Positions 33,030-43,917 of a DNA stretch of 64,000 bases are shown piece by piece. Source of the DNA: an uncultured Planctomycetaceae bacterium (GTDB taxonomy: Bacteria > Planctomycetota > Planctomycetia > Isosphaerales > Isosphaeraceae); NCBI GenBank assembly GCA_963833985.1, contig CAWIAD010000002.1:1024001-1088000 (forward strand), written 5' to 3'. Position 1 is the stretch's first letter. Each line of letters starts with the position of its first letter. The notes under the pieces are model-generated. The model was not told where the DNA came from. It was given only the letters and a program-made list of their open reading frames with translations, and did no database searches. Made by a program: the position numbers and the translations under genes.

Positions 33030-33691
33030 GAGAGGGCTCCGATTGTCGTCAACCGGGCATGGGCCCCAGCCTCCAGGGCCCACCCGAACCGCAGGTTGCA
33101 CCGGGGAATTATCGCAAGTGCAGCCTGTACTCGCATCTTTGCACCCGAGCCGGTCGGCCAGAAGCGCTTCTACCAGATCTCCATGCATTTCTCGCAGTGC
33201 GCTGCGTCGCCCGGTCGCTCTTGCGAACTGATCAGGACTTGCCATGCGGCGTCGATCGGCCCGGCCGGTGCGATTCTCTGGCCTGAGCCGATCTTGCCGG
33301 GAGGATCGGCCATGACGATCGCTTGTGTCCGTCTTTGGAGAGCAGGAAGAAGGACGGCAGGATCTGAACCTTGCCCCAAGGGAGCGACACTGCGTTCATC
33401 TCCCAGGCCGATCGGTTCAGAGCCACGACATGGCCGCCACAAAAGCCCCCGGCTTTGTACCGTAGACTGATCATGAAGGTGCGGTGCGCGTGCTCCTTGA
33501 CAATCCGGTGGTTTGCAAAGGGATGCACTGCCCTGGCCAGCGGCACGCGCAGGTCCAACCGGATTTCTACCCGCCTCGATGCGGACCGGCGCGATTTCGA
33601 GTAAAAAGATCCCCAGCGGAGCCAATGAAAAACGCCATTTAAGTCCAGATCACGAAACAGGCAGCGTGCGATGACTTCGTTCCTGGGATAT

Positions 33692-33893
33692 CGAAATCGA
33701 ACCCAATTTTCCGGTCAATGCGGCATGAGCCGGCGATTGAAGCGGCCAGAGGCCAGACCGTGGGTCGCGCCGCGGTGATCGTTCCAGAGTTCTGCGCAAA
33801 ACGAAGCCAACGAAAAACAGGACTTAAATGGCGTCTTGCGAAGGAGTAACGTCGGCTGGCTGCGAGACGATGGACCGAAATCGAACCCAATTT
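33692..33893. repeat. Intergenic short repeats CGAAATCGAACCCAATTT (x2) plus variant GCAAAACGAAGCCAA
   Basis: Exact 18-mers at 33692 and 33876; degenerate copy near 33796. Confidence 0.6.
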
Positions 33894-34000
33894 GCCAGGG
33901 GTTGCACCTCTGGCGTGATGAGCGGGAAGGTGCCGCACGCAGGTTCAGCGAGTGAGGGGTGCCCTTGGGGGAGGATCGGGCATCTGGCGGGATGACTGAT

Positions 34001-34759
34001 CTAGCGTGCACTGGGGTTGATGGCCTTGCTGTGGAAGTCGAGACCGAATTGATCGCAGTACCGCTTGAGGTTTTCGAGCGCAGGTGCGTAGTCGGGCGAG
34101 CACTCCAGGGCGGTGCGGTAATTGTGGTAGGCCGCGTGAACCTGGCCCAGGCACTCATGCAGCACGCCCATGAGGTTGAGTGCCTCGACGCAAAGGGGCG
34201 CCTGGTCAAGCCCCGCTTCCAGCAACCGCTCGGCCGCGGCGAAGTCACGCTCGTTGATGGCGCGCTTCACGGGGGCCAGGTCGATGGCCGGCGGTGCGAG
34301 AACCGCGACCGGCGATGACGACGCGGCGAGCTCCCCGCCTGTCGGTGCATCTGCGGGCGGGCCATGCCCCCTGGGCGGTGCCGGGCGGTTGTGTCGCAGG
34401 ATCACCTCGCTCACTGTCCGTCGGAGGTCCTTCGGCAGGACAGGCTTGGTCAGAAAATCCACGGCGCCGAGCTTCATCGCCGCCACGGCATCGGCAATGC
34501 TGCCGTGGGCCGTCACGATCACCACGGGTGTATCGGCGCCCTGGTCCCGGAGCCTCCGCAACGTCTCCATGCCGTTCATGCCGGGCATTTTCAGGTCCAG
34601 CAGCACCACATCGGGCGCTGCATCATGAACCTGCCCCAGCGCCTGGACACCATCGCCGGCTTCCACAACCTCATAGCCGGCCGACTCGAGTGCCGTGCGA
34701 AACAGCATGCGAATGCTCGGCTCGTCGTCAACAATCAGCACCGACGCAGCGTTCTTCAT
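34001..34759 (-). CDS. Response regulator (receiver plus TPR)
   Basis: LIVDDE, LLDLKMPGMNG, VTAHG, FLTKP; C-terminal EALNLMGVLHE TPR. Confidence 0.88.
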   Translation of the reverse strand: MKNAASVLIVDDEPSIRMLFRTALESAGYEVVEAGDGVQALGQVHDAAPDVVLLDLKMPGMNGMETLRRLRDQGADTPVVIVTAHGSIADAVAAMKLGAVDFLTKPVLPKDLRRTVSEVILRHNRPAPPRGHGPPADAPTGGELAASSSPVAVLAPPAIDLAPVKRAINERDFAAAERLLEAGLDQAPLCVEALNLMGVLHECLGQVHAAYHNYRTALECSPDYAPALENLKRYCDQFGLDFHSKAINPSAR

Positions 34760-34812
34760 GGCACGGGCCTCTCCTGGAGTTCACCAGATCCGGATGTCTG
34801 TCGGAACTCAAG

Positions 34813-34827
34813 GCAAGCGCTGTGCCG
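34813..34827 (-). promoter_or_regulatory. Sigma-54-type -24/-12 promoter
   Basis: Minus strand CGGCACAGCGCTTGC (GG-N10-GC), 54 nt before the response regulator start. Confidence 0.55.
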
Positions 34828-35042
34828 CCCCGCTCGTTATTACGCAAGTACTTGTGAATGATTGACTTGCGATGAAAACACCAGCGAGTCCTGGGTGTCC
34901 TGGCACGGCCGGCGATCATGCGGATTGCAAACCCTGATCGGCAGTTTGCACGGCAAGCGAGTGGCGTCGGGGCGCAGCGTCTGGGTCCGGGTCCATCGCC
35001 TTCGTTGTGCTGGTCGGCCGCAGGGTGGAAGCCGTGGTCGGG

Positions 35043-35648
35043 TCAGGGCCGCTTCATCTCGAACAGGTCCGTGCTGCGGCAGTAGTAGTCGCCGCCCAGG
35101 CGCGCGATGGTGCGCAGCTTGCGCGGGTCAACGTGGCCGGAGGGGTCCAGTACGGAGTCGTCGATATGGATGAGCAGCACCTCGCCGATCACCAGGTTCG
35201 CGGAAATCGGTCCATCGCCGATGGGGAGGATCTGCCGGACCCGGCATTCCATGTGGACCGGAGAAGCCGCCACGCGGGGCGGCCGAACCCGGCTCGAGGG
35301 TTCCAGGGCCAGGTTCGCGAACACGGCCTCGCTCTCGCCTCGGGGCAACTCCCTGGCGGTGAGGTTCATGGGCTCGGCCAGATCTTCCACGGCGGCGCTC
35401 AGGACGAATTCGGGCACGTCGTCAAGGTTCAGCAACGTGTCCTTCTTGGAGCCGTCGCGTCGCAGGCCCGGCGAGAAGACCACGACGGGAGGGTTGGCCC
35501 CGAAGACATTGAAGAAGCTGAACGGCGCCAGGTTCACGCGGCCCTCCCGGTCGACCGTCGTGACCCAGGCGATGGGCCGGGGTGTGACGACTTCCACGAG
35601 CGTCCGGTAGACCTTCACGACGTCGGTGGCGGCGACATCAATGATCAT
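35043..35648 (-). CDS. Flavin reductase-like protein (DIM6/NTAB family)
   Basis: VTPRPIAWVTT, NLAPFSFFN, KDTLLN, IARLGGDYY. Confidence 0.88.
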   Translation of the reverse strand: MIIDVAATDVVKVYRTLVEVVTPRPIAWVTTVDREGRVNLAPFSFFNVFGANPPVVVFSPGLRRDGSKKDTLLNLDDVPEFVLSAAVEDLAEPMNLTARELPRGESEAVFANLALEPSSRVRPPRVAASPVHMECRVRQILPIGDGPISANLVIGEVLLIHIDDSVLDPSGHVDPRKLRTIARLGGDYYCRSTDLFEMKRP

Positions 35649-36816
35649 TCAAGAGATCCAGCTCAAGGGGTACGTCGGATCGTCCAGCTCCATGGCCAGG
35701 CTTGAAAGCCGTAGCGGGCGATGGGTGTCCACCATCACGGCGAGTTCATCGGTCCGGGTGGCCGCGCGGCTGGCGGCGATGGTGCCGGGATGCGGGCCGT
35801 GGGGAATGCCGCGGGGGTGCAGCGTGAGCGACGACTCCTCCACGCCACGACGGCTGCCGAACCGGCCTCGAACGTAGTACAGCACCTCGTCGGCCTGCAC
35901 GTTGGAATGCGCGTAGGGCACCTTGATCGCCTCCGGGTGTGTGTCCAGCATGCGGGGTGCGAAGGTACACACAACGAACCCGGGCGCCTCGAAGGTCTGC
36001 TGCACCGGTGGAGGCTGATGCACGGTCCCGGTGATGGGTTCGAAATCGTCGGCGTTGAAGGTGTAGGGATAGAGCATTCCATCCCAGCCCACGACGTCGA
36101 AGGGATGGCTCGCCAGCGTGTAGCGCGTGAGCCGCTTGCCGTCGCGCACCAGCACCGAGGTTTCCTCTTCACGGTCGATGACTGCGATCTCTCCTGGACC
36201 ATGCAGGTCGCGCTCGGCATAGGGCGAACCCAGCTTCAACTGCCCGTCCGGGTTGAGGTAGCGCGGAGGGATCGTCACGTTGCCCGCTGCCTCGATGACG
36301 AGCATGTCGGGAGGCGAAGCCGGCTCGAATTCCAGCCGGTAGGTCGTGCAGCGTGGGATGACGATGTAATCGAAGTCTCGAAAGGGCAACGGTCCGAACA
36401 TCGTCTGTAGCGTCCCCTTGCCGCTGTGCATGAAGAGAATCTCATCGGCGTCGGCGTTGCGGAAGAGTTCTTGCTGTGGGCGTTCGGGCCGGCAGCGGGC
36501 CAGGCTGACATCGTCGTTGGCCAGCATGACGACGCGGCCGGTGACCGGGTCACCCGCGCGGCAGCGTCCTGGTCTTGAGGTGATGATGGCGGAGCGCCGG
36601 CTGATCGACCAGGTCGAGCGCGAGCGTGCCGGCGGGCTCGACACGGACCACGCGGGTGGGAGGCCGCAGGTGGTACACCAGGCTGTAGGCCCGGGAGAAG
36701 CCGGCAACCGTCACGACTTCCTCGTAATAGATCCCCTCGTTCAGGAAGCCCGGCTCATGCGGGTGGGCGATGTGCCGTTTCCGCGGGACCGAGCCAAGCC
36801 GTAGGTAGGGCGGCAT
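35649..36816 (-). CDS. hmgA: Homogentisate 1,2-dioxygenase; frameshift near 36555
   Basis: GSVPRKRH, RNADADE, HPFDVVGWDG, TGTVHQPP, PYAHSNV, LHPRGIPHGPHPG. Confidence 0.9.
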
Positions 36817-36851
36817 GGGGCATTCTCCGGTTGCGTTGCGTTGCGGTCCGT

Positions 36852-37563
36852 TCAGGGATGAGCGACGACCTGGTTGCGAAGCGTCCCGAGCCGCTCGATG
36901 GAGAGCTCGACGATGTCGCCCGGCCTGAGCCAGCCGCCGGCCGCCTGTGGCGTGAGCTCGAGGATGCAGCCCGTACCCACCGTGCCCGAGCCGAGCACGT
37001 CGCCGGGCTGTAGCGTGGCGTCGCGGCTGGCATGCGCCAGGAGCTGGGGCCAGGTCCAGTACATCGCGCCCGAATTGCCGCGCGAGAGGACTCGCCCGTT
37101 CACCGCCGCGGTCATCTCCAGATGCAGCCGGCCCGCGCGATAGCAGTCCGACAGCTCGTCCAGAGGCACGATCTCGGGGCCGAGCGAGGTGGCGAAGTCC
37201 TTGCCCTTGCTGGGCCCCAGTCCGACAGCCATCTCCGTGCGCTGAAGGTCGCGGGCGCTCCAGTCGTTCATGATGGTGAAACCCGCGACGCACTCGAGCG
37301 CGCGATCGTCGGCAGGCAGGTCGCGCGTGGCCTTGCCGATGACGCAGGCCAGTTCCAGCTCGAAGTCCAGCTCCTGGCTCGCGCGGAGCCCAGACCTCAG
37401 CCTGATGGCCGATGACGCCCCCGGGGTTGGAAAAATAGAAGACCGGAACACGGTACCACTCTGGCACCATGTCCAGACCACGCTGGCGGCGGCAGGTGGC
37501 GACGTGCTGCTCGAAAGCGTAGAAGTCGCGGATGCTGGCAACCTGGGTGACTGGTCGTCGCAT
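36852..37563 (-). CDS. Fumarylacetoacetate hydrolase family protein; frameshift near 37385
   Basis: RDFYAFEQHV, PVFYFSN, LDFELELACVIG, NDWSARD, KGKDFATSLGP, GSGTVGTGC. Confidence 0.88.
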
Positions 37564-37570
37564 GCGTGCC

Positions 37571-38566
37571 TCACCCGACGACATAACAACCAGGCCCCGC
37601 CGCGCCGGGGTCGAACGAGAACTCGACGACAGCCGTCTGCTGCGTGGAACGCTGGGTGACCTGGACCTCGACGCTTGCCTCTCGACAGTTCGCCGGAGGC
37701 CGCAACGCCAGGAGCACCAGCGACGTGCCGTGCATCGGGACCCAGCGACCGATGTTGATCCTCGTCCCCTCGCTCAAACCGCACGAGAGTGATAAGGCCG
37801 ACATGGGGTTGAAGAGCGCAGTCTCCCAGCGCGGGTCCAGACCAAGCAGCTCGAACCGGTAAGCATCCGCGCCGCCCACGAAAAACATGGCCAGGTTGGT
37901 ACGCGCGGGAAGAATACGCAGCGCCGCCGCCTTGTGACGTTCAACGGCCCGCCCGCCGACGAACACATTGAGATTGCCCGCCCAGTAGACGCTTGGCCCG
38001 CTCAACAGATCGAAGGGGCTGGGAGGCAGTTGTGATTCCGGGTGTTCAGAATTCCCGGACGCACGGTGCAAGGGACGAGCCTTGCGGAACAGACCAAGGG
38101 CCCGACTCAATCGGGCTCGGCCCCGCGTATCGGGAGTGCCGGGCTCATCGCCATCGAATCCCAGGGCCGTCACCAGTCGAGCGGGCGGCAGCCGGTCGGG
38201 CATTCCGAGAGGCTCGGGCATTGCGCGCGAGACATTGGTTCGCAACACGGTCGATTCGCCGGGCTGTAGCGCCGGTACCGCCATGACCGTCAGCCGACGC
38301 CAGGCGACGAACGCCCCCAGCGTCGCCGATTGGACCATCGCGAAGTCTTCGTACGACGGGCTCGACCCGGCGTTCGTCACCGTGATGGCGATCTCGACCT
38401 GTCCCGGGGCCACATCCCGGAAGTCGATGTCCTGGCGACGGACCATCAGGTGCGCCGCGCGCTCCAGGCCGGGCCTGGCGGATCCTGTTGCAGGCCCGCT
38501 CCGAGGGTTGAACGCCGCGCGCTCCGGGTCCCGCTGGACTCGTGATTCCGCAATGCTCGTTGCCAT
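37571..38566 (-). CDS. Hypothetical protein embedded in the Tyr catabolic operon
   Basis: 331-aa ORF with an RBS, co-oriented and tightly packed; Ig/CARDB-like stretch (ITVTNAG...LQPGES). Confidence 0.6.
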   Translation of the reverse strand: MATSIAESRVQRDPERAAFNPRSGPATGSARPGLERAAHLMVRRQDIDFRDVAPGQVEIAITVTNAGSSPSYEDFAMVQSATLGAFVAWRRLTVMAVPALQPGESTVLRTNVSRAMPEPLGMPDRLPPARLVTALGFDGDEPGTPDTRGRARLSRALGLFRKARPLHRASGNSEHPESQLPPSPFDLLSGPSVYWAGNLNVFVGGRAVERHKAAALRILPARTNLAMFFVGGADAYRFELLGLDPRWETALFNPMSALSLSCGLSEGTRINIGRWVPMHGTSLVLLALRPPANCREASVEVQVTQRSTQQTAVVEFSFDPGAAGPGCYVVG

Positions 38567-38625
38567 GCCGATACCCCCTCATGTGAAACCGCCGACACCG
38601 ACCTGACCCCGTTGAGGATACGTCG

Positions 38626-39749
<1,124 letters not shown>

Positions 39750-39773
39750 CGGAGCCGATGAAACAAGGGAAAC

Positions 39774-40685
39774 TCAGGTGGTCACAGCGTCCAGGCGATC
39801 TTCCTCGAGGCCGTCCCAGAAGACAGCGATGGCGTCGAGCACCTGACGGGCTCCCTGGAAGAAGCGGGCTTCGTCGAAACCCGGCTCGAAGAACACGCCC
39901 TCGAGCTCGTCCATGGTATGCCCGGCGTGCTGGGCCTCCACGCGGTTGTGCCAGGTGAAGAAGGCGACCTTGAGCGCCGGCAAGCGAGTGGCCTTGATGT
40001 GCAGCAGGCCGTCTTCCAGCTCCTGCCAGAAACCCGCGGCCGCCCAGTTCTCGACGGCAAAGCTGGCTCCTTCGGCAATCTGGCAGTCCTCGTTCCCATA
40101 GAGGCGTTGCAGCTCGTTGCAAAAGCGGAGCGTGTAGGGCCGGCCGTGCTTTCGCTTTCCCAGTTCGTCAAAGCCCAGGCCGAGCGCCTCGCCGACGGCA
40201 AGCAGCCACTCGAAATGCGCTGCCCGAAACCGGAAGACCCCGCCGTCGACGGTCCCTTCCGTGCTGACCAGGTCGGGGTCGCCCTCGCGGTCCCGGATGG
40301 CCTCATCCTCGCTCCGCGCCGGGGCGTTCCTGCCGTCGTGACGGCGGTAGATCACGCCCAGCTCGTTCATGAGGATCTCCTTGGCCGCCCGTGCCTGGGC
40401 CAGGGCCGGGGCGTTGACGACCCGCAGCAGGGCCGCGACCAAGAACTGGTTGGAGAAGACCGAGAACTGGCGCACGAAATGCCTTAGCTCGGCGTCGGAC
40501 GCCTGGCCGGCCTGGAACCAGTGCGTGTAGCGATTGCCGGTGATGATGCGATGCCCGAGCAGATCGTGATCGACGCGATCAAGGAAATCGCGAAAGGCAT
40601 CGACCTGCGCGGTGGTGAGTTCGCCGCGGTGCAATCTCTCCTCGATCCGGGGAGAGATCAGGGCATGTTGTGAAACCGTAGCCAT
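39774..40685 (-). CDS. Heme-oxygenase-like diiron protein (CADD/PqqC/TenA fold)
   Basis: All-helical pattern with a six-ligand E/H set: MNELG, AAHFEW, AVENW, WHNRVEAQH. Confidence 0.65.
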   Translation of the reverse strand: MATVSQHALISPRIEERLHRGELTTAQVDAFRDFLDRVDHDLLGHRIITGNRYTHWFQAGQASDAELRHFVRQFSVFSNQFLVAALLRVVNAPALAQARAAKEILMNELGVIYRRHDGRNAPARSEDEAIRDREGDPDLVSTEGTVDGGVFRFRAAHFEWLLAVGEALGLGFDELGKRKHGRPYTLRFCNELQRLYGNEDCQIAEGASFAVENWAAAGFWQELEDGLLHIKATRLPALKVAFFTWHNRVEAQHAGHTMDELEGVFFEPGFDEARFFQGARQVLDAIAVFWDGLEEDRLDAVTT

Positions 40686-40920
40686 AAGAAGCCCCCTTGG
40701 CGGTGAGAGGTGCGGGGGATGTGCTCTACCTTCATCTTAGGCAGGGGGAAGCTGGTGGTCGAGGGCTCCTGAGCGACTAGCACCCCGAGAGCGGACACGC
40801 TGGGCCGGCGTCCTCACCAGCGTTCCGGCAAGGCAGGCACACGCGCGACCGGAGCGGTTCACCACGCGCTGGAGCCCCGTCTCTGAGGGGTCCGGCACCA
40901 AGGGCATCTCGGCCGCCGAT

Positions 40921-42453
40921 CTATTTTTTCTGCCACACTGCGAGCAGGTCGTCGGAGGCTTGCTGGCGGATGCCGTTGTCGGAGAGGACCTCATCGGTGG
41001 CCTTGAGCGCGGTCTGGTGCTCGAAGACGATCGTCTCCGAATAACGGTCGTCGAAGGAGATGGTGGTGTACTTGTTCCTGGTGTCGCGGAGCAATTCGAC
41101 GAAGTGGTGCAAGTTCTTCACCTTCACGCCGTTGACCTCCTTGACCACCTTCGAGAACGGGTTGTCATATCCCTTGGCGAGGGCGTGCGGGAACATGGGC
41201 GAGGTGATTGCCACCAATTCTTCGCCCTCGAAGGCGGGTCGGTCGCCGCGCCGGGTCACCACGGGGCTGCCAATGACCGCCAGGGCCGCGGAGACCGCGC
41301 TGCCGGGCCGGTCGAGCGCCGAGCAGAATTCACGGCTGGCCGAGGAGAAGACCAGGGGACCGTAGACGAAGTAAGAGGGGTAGTGGCCCTCCAGGGGCTC
41401 AACCAGCATGGGCCAGTGTGTGACGACAGGGAGATCAACCTGCTGGGTCTTCCCCTGGCGGATGATCGTCAGCGGCAGCTTGCCGTTCTTCGCGACCTTT
41501 TGAATCAGGTACTGGAACTGAAGGCGGAGATTGTCTTTGAGCTTCACCATCCCCACATTGTCAATCTCGGCGTCGCCGATCCGGGTGATCAGGTCCCAGG
41601 TCTTGAGCGGGTAATCGGGTCTGGTCTCGGCCGGCCTGTGCACGATCATGCCCTGGGCCTTCCTGTCGAGTTGAAGAAAGCCCCGCAGCGCGGGGTTCTC
41701 GAGCGTCTGGAGCGAGTCATGCAGCGCGGGCTTGCCGTCATAAGTGCCATCGGCGATGTCCTTGAGGAACAGGTCGATCTCCTCAGCGGGGATGATGTAG
41801 CCGATATTGTCGGCCTGGGAGAGCTTGCTGAAGATGAGGCCGACCATCTTGCCGTTGACCAGGGCTGGCCCGCCGCTGTTGCCGGGGTTGATGGCCGCGT
41901 CGACCTGGATCCGCAAGCCGCTGACGCCGTCGTTGTAGCCGGCGAACTCGATCCGCGAGACGATTCCCTTGGTGACCGAGAGGCTCGATCCGCCCTGAGG
42001 ATAGCCATACACCACCACGGTGTCCTTCACTTCCGGCAGCGTCTCCACCCGCTCCAGGGGAGGCCGCTTGTCGAAGAACGACTGATCCTCGAGCTTGAGG
42101 ACGGCCAGGTCCATGCCCGGGCTGACGGCTTCGACGGTGGCTGTCAGCTTGTCACTGGATTGCTGGCTCTCCACGTTGAGCTGGCTGGCGTAGAGGACCA
42201 TGTGCGCGTTGGTGAGGATGCGCTTGCCGGCGATGATCACCCCCGTGCCGCTGGCCTCGCGCGGGCTTTGCTTGGTCCAGGGATGCAGGATGTCCGGATA
42301 GCGCAGGGTCGCCGTGATCTTCACGACCGATTCGCGGATGGCGTTCTCCCGCAGATTGTCGGTTCTCTGGTCGTCCAGAGCCAGGACCGGGGTGGCGAAC
42401 CCCATGCTTGCCAGCAAGATCAGCGGTATCCGTGTCATCCTGATGATCCTCAT
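40921..42453 (-). CDS. DegP/HtrA-like trypsin serine protease with PDZ domains
   Basis: LTNAH, DLAVLK, DAAINPGNSGGP; signal peptide. Confidence 0.9.
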   Translation of the reverse strand: MRIIRMTRIPLILLASMGFATPVLALDDQRTDNLRENAIRESVVKITATLRYPDILHPWTKQSPREASGTGVIIAGKRILTNAHMVLYASQLNVESQQSSDKLTATVEAVSPGMDLAVLKLEDQSFFDKRPPLERVETLPEVKDTVVVYGYPQGGSSLSVTKGIVSRIEFAGYNDGVSGLRIQVDAAINPGNSGGPALVNGKMVGLIFSKLSQADNIGYIIPAEEIDLFLKDIADGTYDGKPALHDSLQTLENPALRGFLQLDRKAQGMIVHRPAETRPDYPLKTWDLITRIGDAEIDNVGMVKLKDNLRLQFQYLIQKVAKNGKLPLTIIRQGKTQQVDLPVVTHWPMLVEPLEGHYPSYFVYGPLVFSSASREFCSALDRPGSAVSAALAVIGSPVVTRRGDRPAFEGEELVAITSPMFPHALAKGYDNPFSKVVKEVNGVKVKNLHHFVELLRDTRNKYTTISFDDRYSETIVFEHQTALKATDEVLSDNGIRQQASDDLLAVWQKK

Positions 42454-43065
42454 CGCAGACGCTCGCTTGTCGTGGAAGTTTCCCCGCGGCCGCGCATCCG
42501 CGCCGGCTGAGCTGACGGGTCGCTCGTGGCAATCATCTTAACTCCGGAAGCCCCGGGAAGGTAGGGCCGCGTCGCACGGTTCAAGCAGCAATCAATTGCC
42601 GGGGTCGGCAGCCGCGACAATCTGCCCTCTTGCCTGCGAACACTTCAGTCGATACATTATGTCTTGGATCATGGCGCCACAAGATATCCATTTATGCCCT
42701 CATCCGCGCATCGATAGCGCGCATGACGGCGTGCGGCCGAAAGTCGAAAATCTTCCTGATCTTTCCTGGTTCCGATGATTGACCAGGGCCAATCGTCTCG
42801 ATGACACCATGAACGGTGATTCCAGCTCGGTGGTCGAGTGCCGTGACCAACCCGTGGTATGATGCCACGAAGCGTGGGTTGCCTCAGAAAGGACTTTCCC
42901 AGAAGACGTCCGCATGGGAGGATCTCTTTCGGGCAACCGGGAGCCAATGGCCAATCGCGGTTTTGCTGGGTTGAGCGCTACTTCAAGCGGGCCCCCGCGG
43001 GCATAATGCGACGACGTGTTCATCGATGATGCGATGCCGTCCCAGGGCGGACAGGGATTAACGCC

Positions 43066-43710
43066 GTGGTTTCCAGGACAAGCCTCTCGAGCTCGGCCGG
43101 TCGCGCTGACCGATCCTGCCGTAAGGCAGCACGCGTCCGCGGATTGCGCGCCGGTCCGTCTCGCGCCCGACCCGGCCGTCCGCGCCATCACGGCGGATTC
43201 GATGCAAGCACGCCTGCCGCGCCCAGCCATGAAAGTCCCTCACGCTCGGTGCACGTTCCGGCTGTGGAGACGCAGGGGCTGCGGCCGAAGCCACGGGTAT
43301 CGCTTCGAGCCCTTGTCGCCGAGGACAACCAGGACCTCCAGTTGATCTTGGCGCGACAACTGAACCTGATGGGGCTCGAAGTGGTCGCTGTCGGCAATGG
43401 CCGTGACGCCGCAGCCCTGGTTCTCGCCGCGCATCAGGCAGGACACCCGTTCGACCTCGTGCTGATGGATCTCGAGATGCCGATCGTCGACGGCTACGAG
43501 GCCACCCGGCGGATCCGCGCAGGCGGCTTTGCCGGACCGATCCTGGCTCTCACGGGACATTCCAGCGACGACCAGCGGCTCGACTGCCTCAAGCTGGGCT
43601 GCAACGATTGCCTCTGCAAGCCTGTGAGCTGGGCTGATCTGACCGATCTGATCCACAGGCTCGTTCCCGGCTGCCCTGCTCCGGGTCCCATCCTCATCCC
43701 GGACGATTGA
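43066..43710 (+). CDS. Single receiver-domain response regulator (start uncertain)
   Basis: LVAEDN, LMDLEMP, ALTG, CLCKP. Confidence 0.8.
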   Translation: MVSRTSLSSSAGRADRSCRKAARVRGLRAGPSRARPGRPRHHGGFDASTPAAPSHESPSRSVHVPAVETQGLRPKPRVSLRALVAEDNQDLQLILARQLNLMGLEVVAVGNGRDAAALVLAAHQAGHPFDLVLMDLEMPIVDGYEATRRIRAGGFAGPILALTGHSSDDQRLDCLKLGCNDCLCKPVSWADLTDLIHRLVPGCPAPGPILIPDD

Positions 43711-43827
43711 GCCCTGAATCCGGCTTGCCCGCCCTTCGCACACTCCCCATGGCCTACCCCGCGCGTGCAAAATGCACTGGATGGGCAAGCGGTCGGAACA
43801 CGGTTCCCGGTTTTTCTCCATCACGCG

Positions 43828-43853
43828 GGAACACAGGCAATCCGTGAGGGTCA
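43828..43853 (+). promoter_or_regulatory. Candidate ECF-type promoter GGAAC-N17-GTCA
   Basis: Lies about 65 nt upstream of the ECF sigma gene and fits the generic ECF consensus. Confidence 0.3.
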
Positions 43854-43917
43854 CTCTATCGGGAAAGAGACCAGCGTGGGGCTGGACTGGTCTGAGGGTC
43901 TTCCCGACGGGGCAATC

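Noticed and set aside
42540..43060. Long divergent intergenic region, possible riboswitch or ncRNA
   Set aside because: No conserved riboswitch motifs recognised by eye; needs an Rfam scan.
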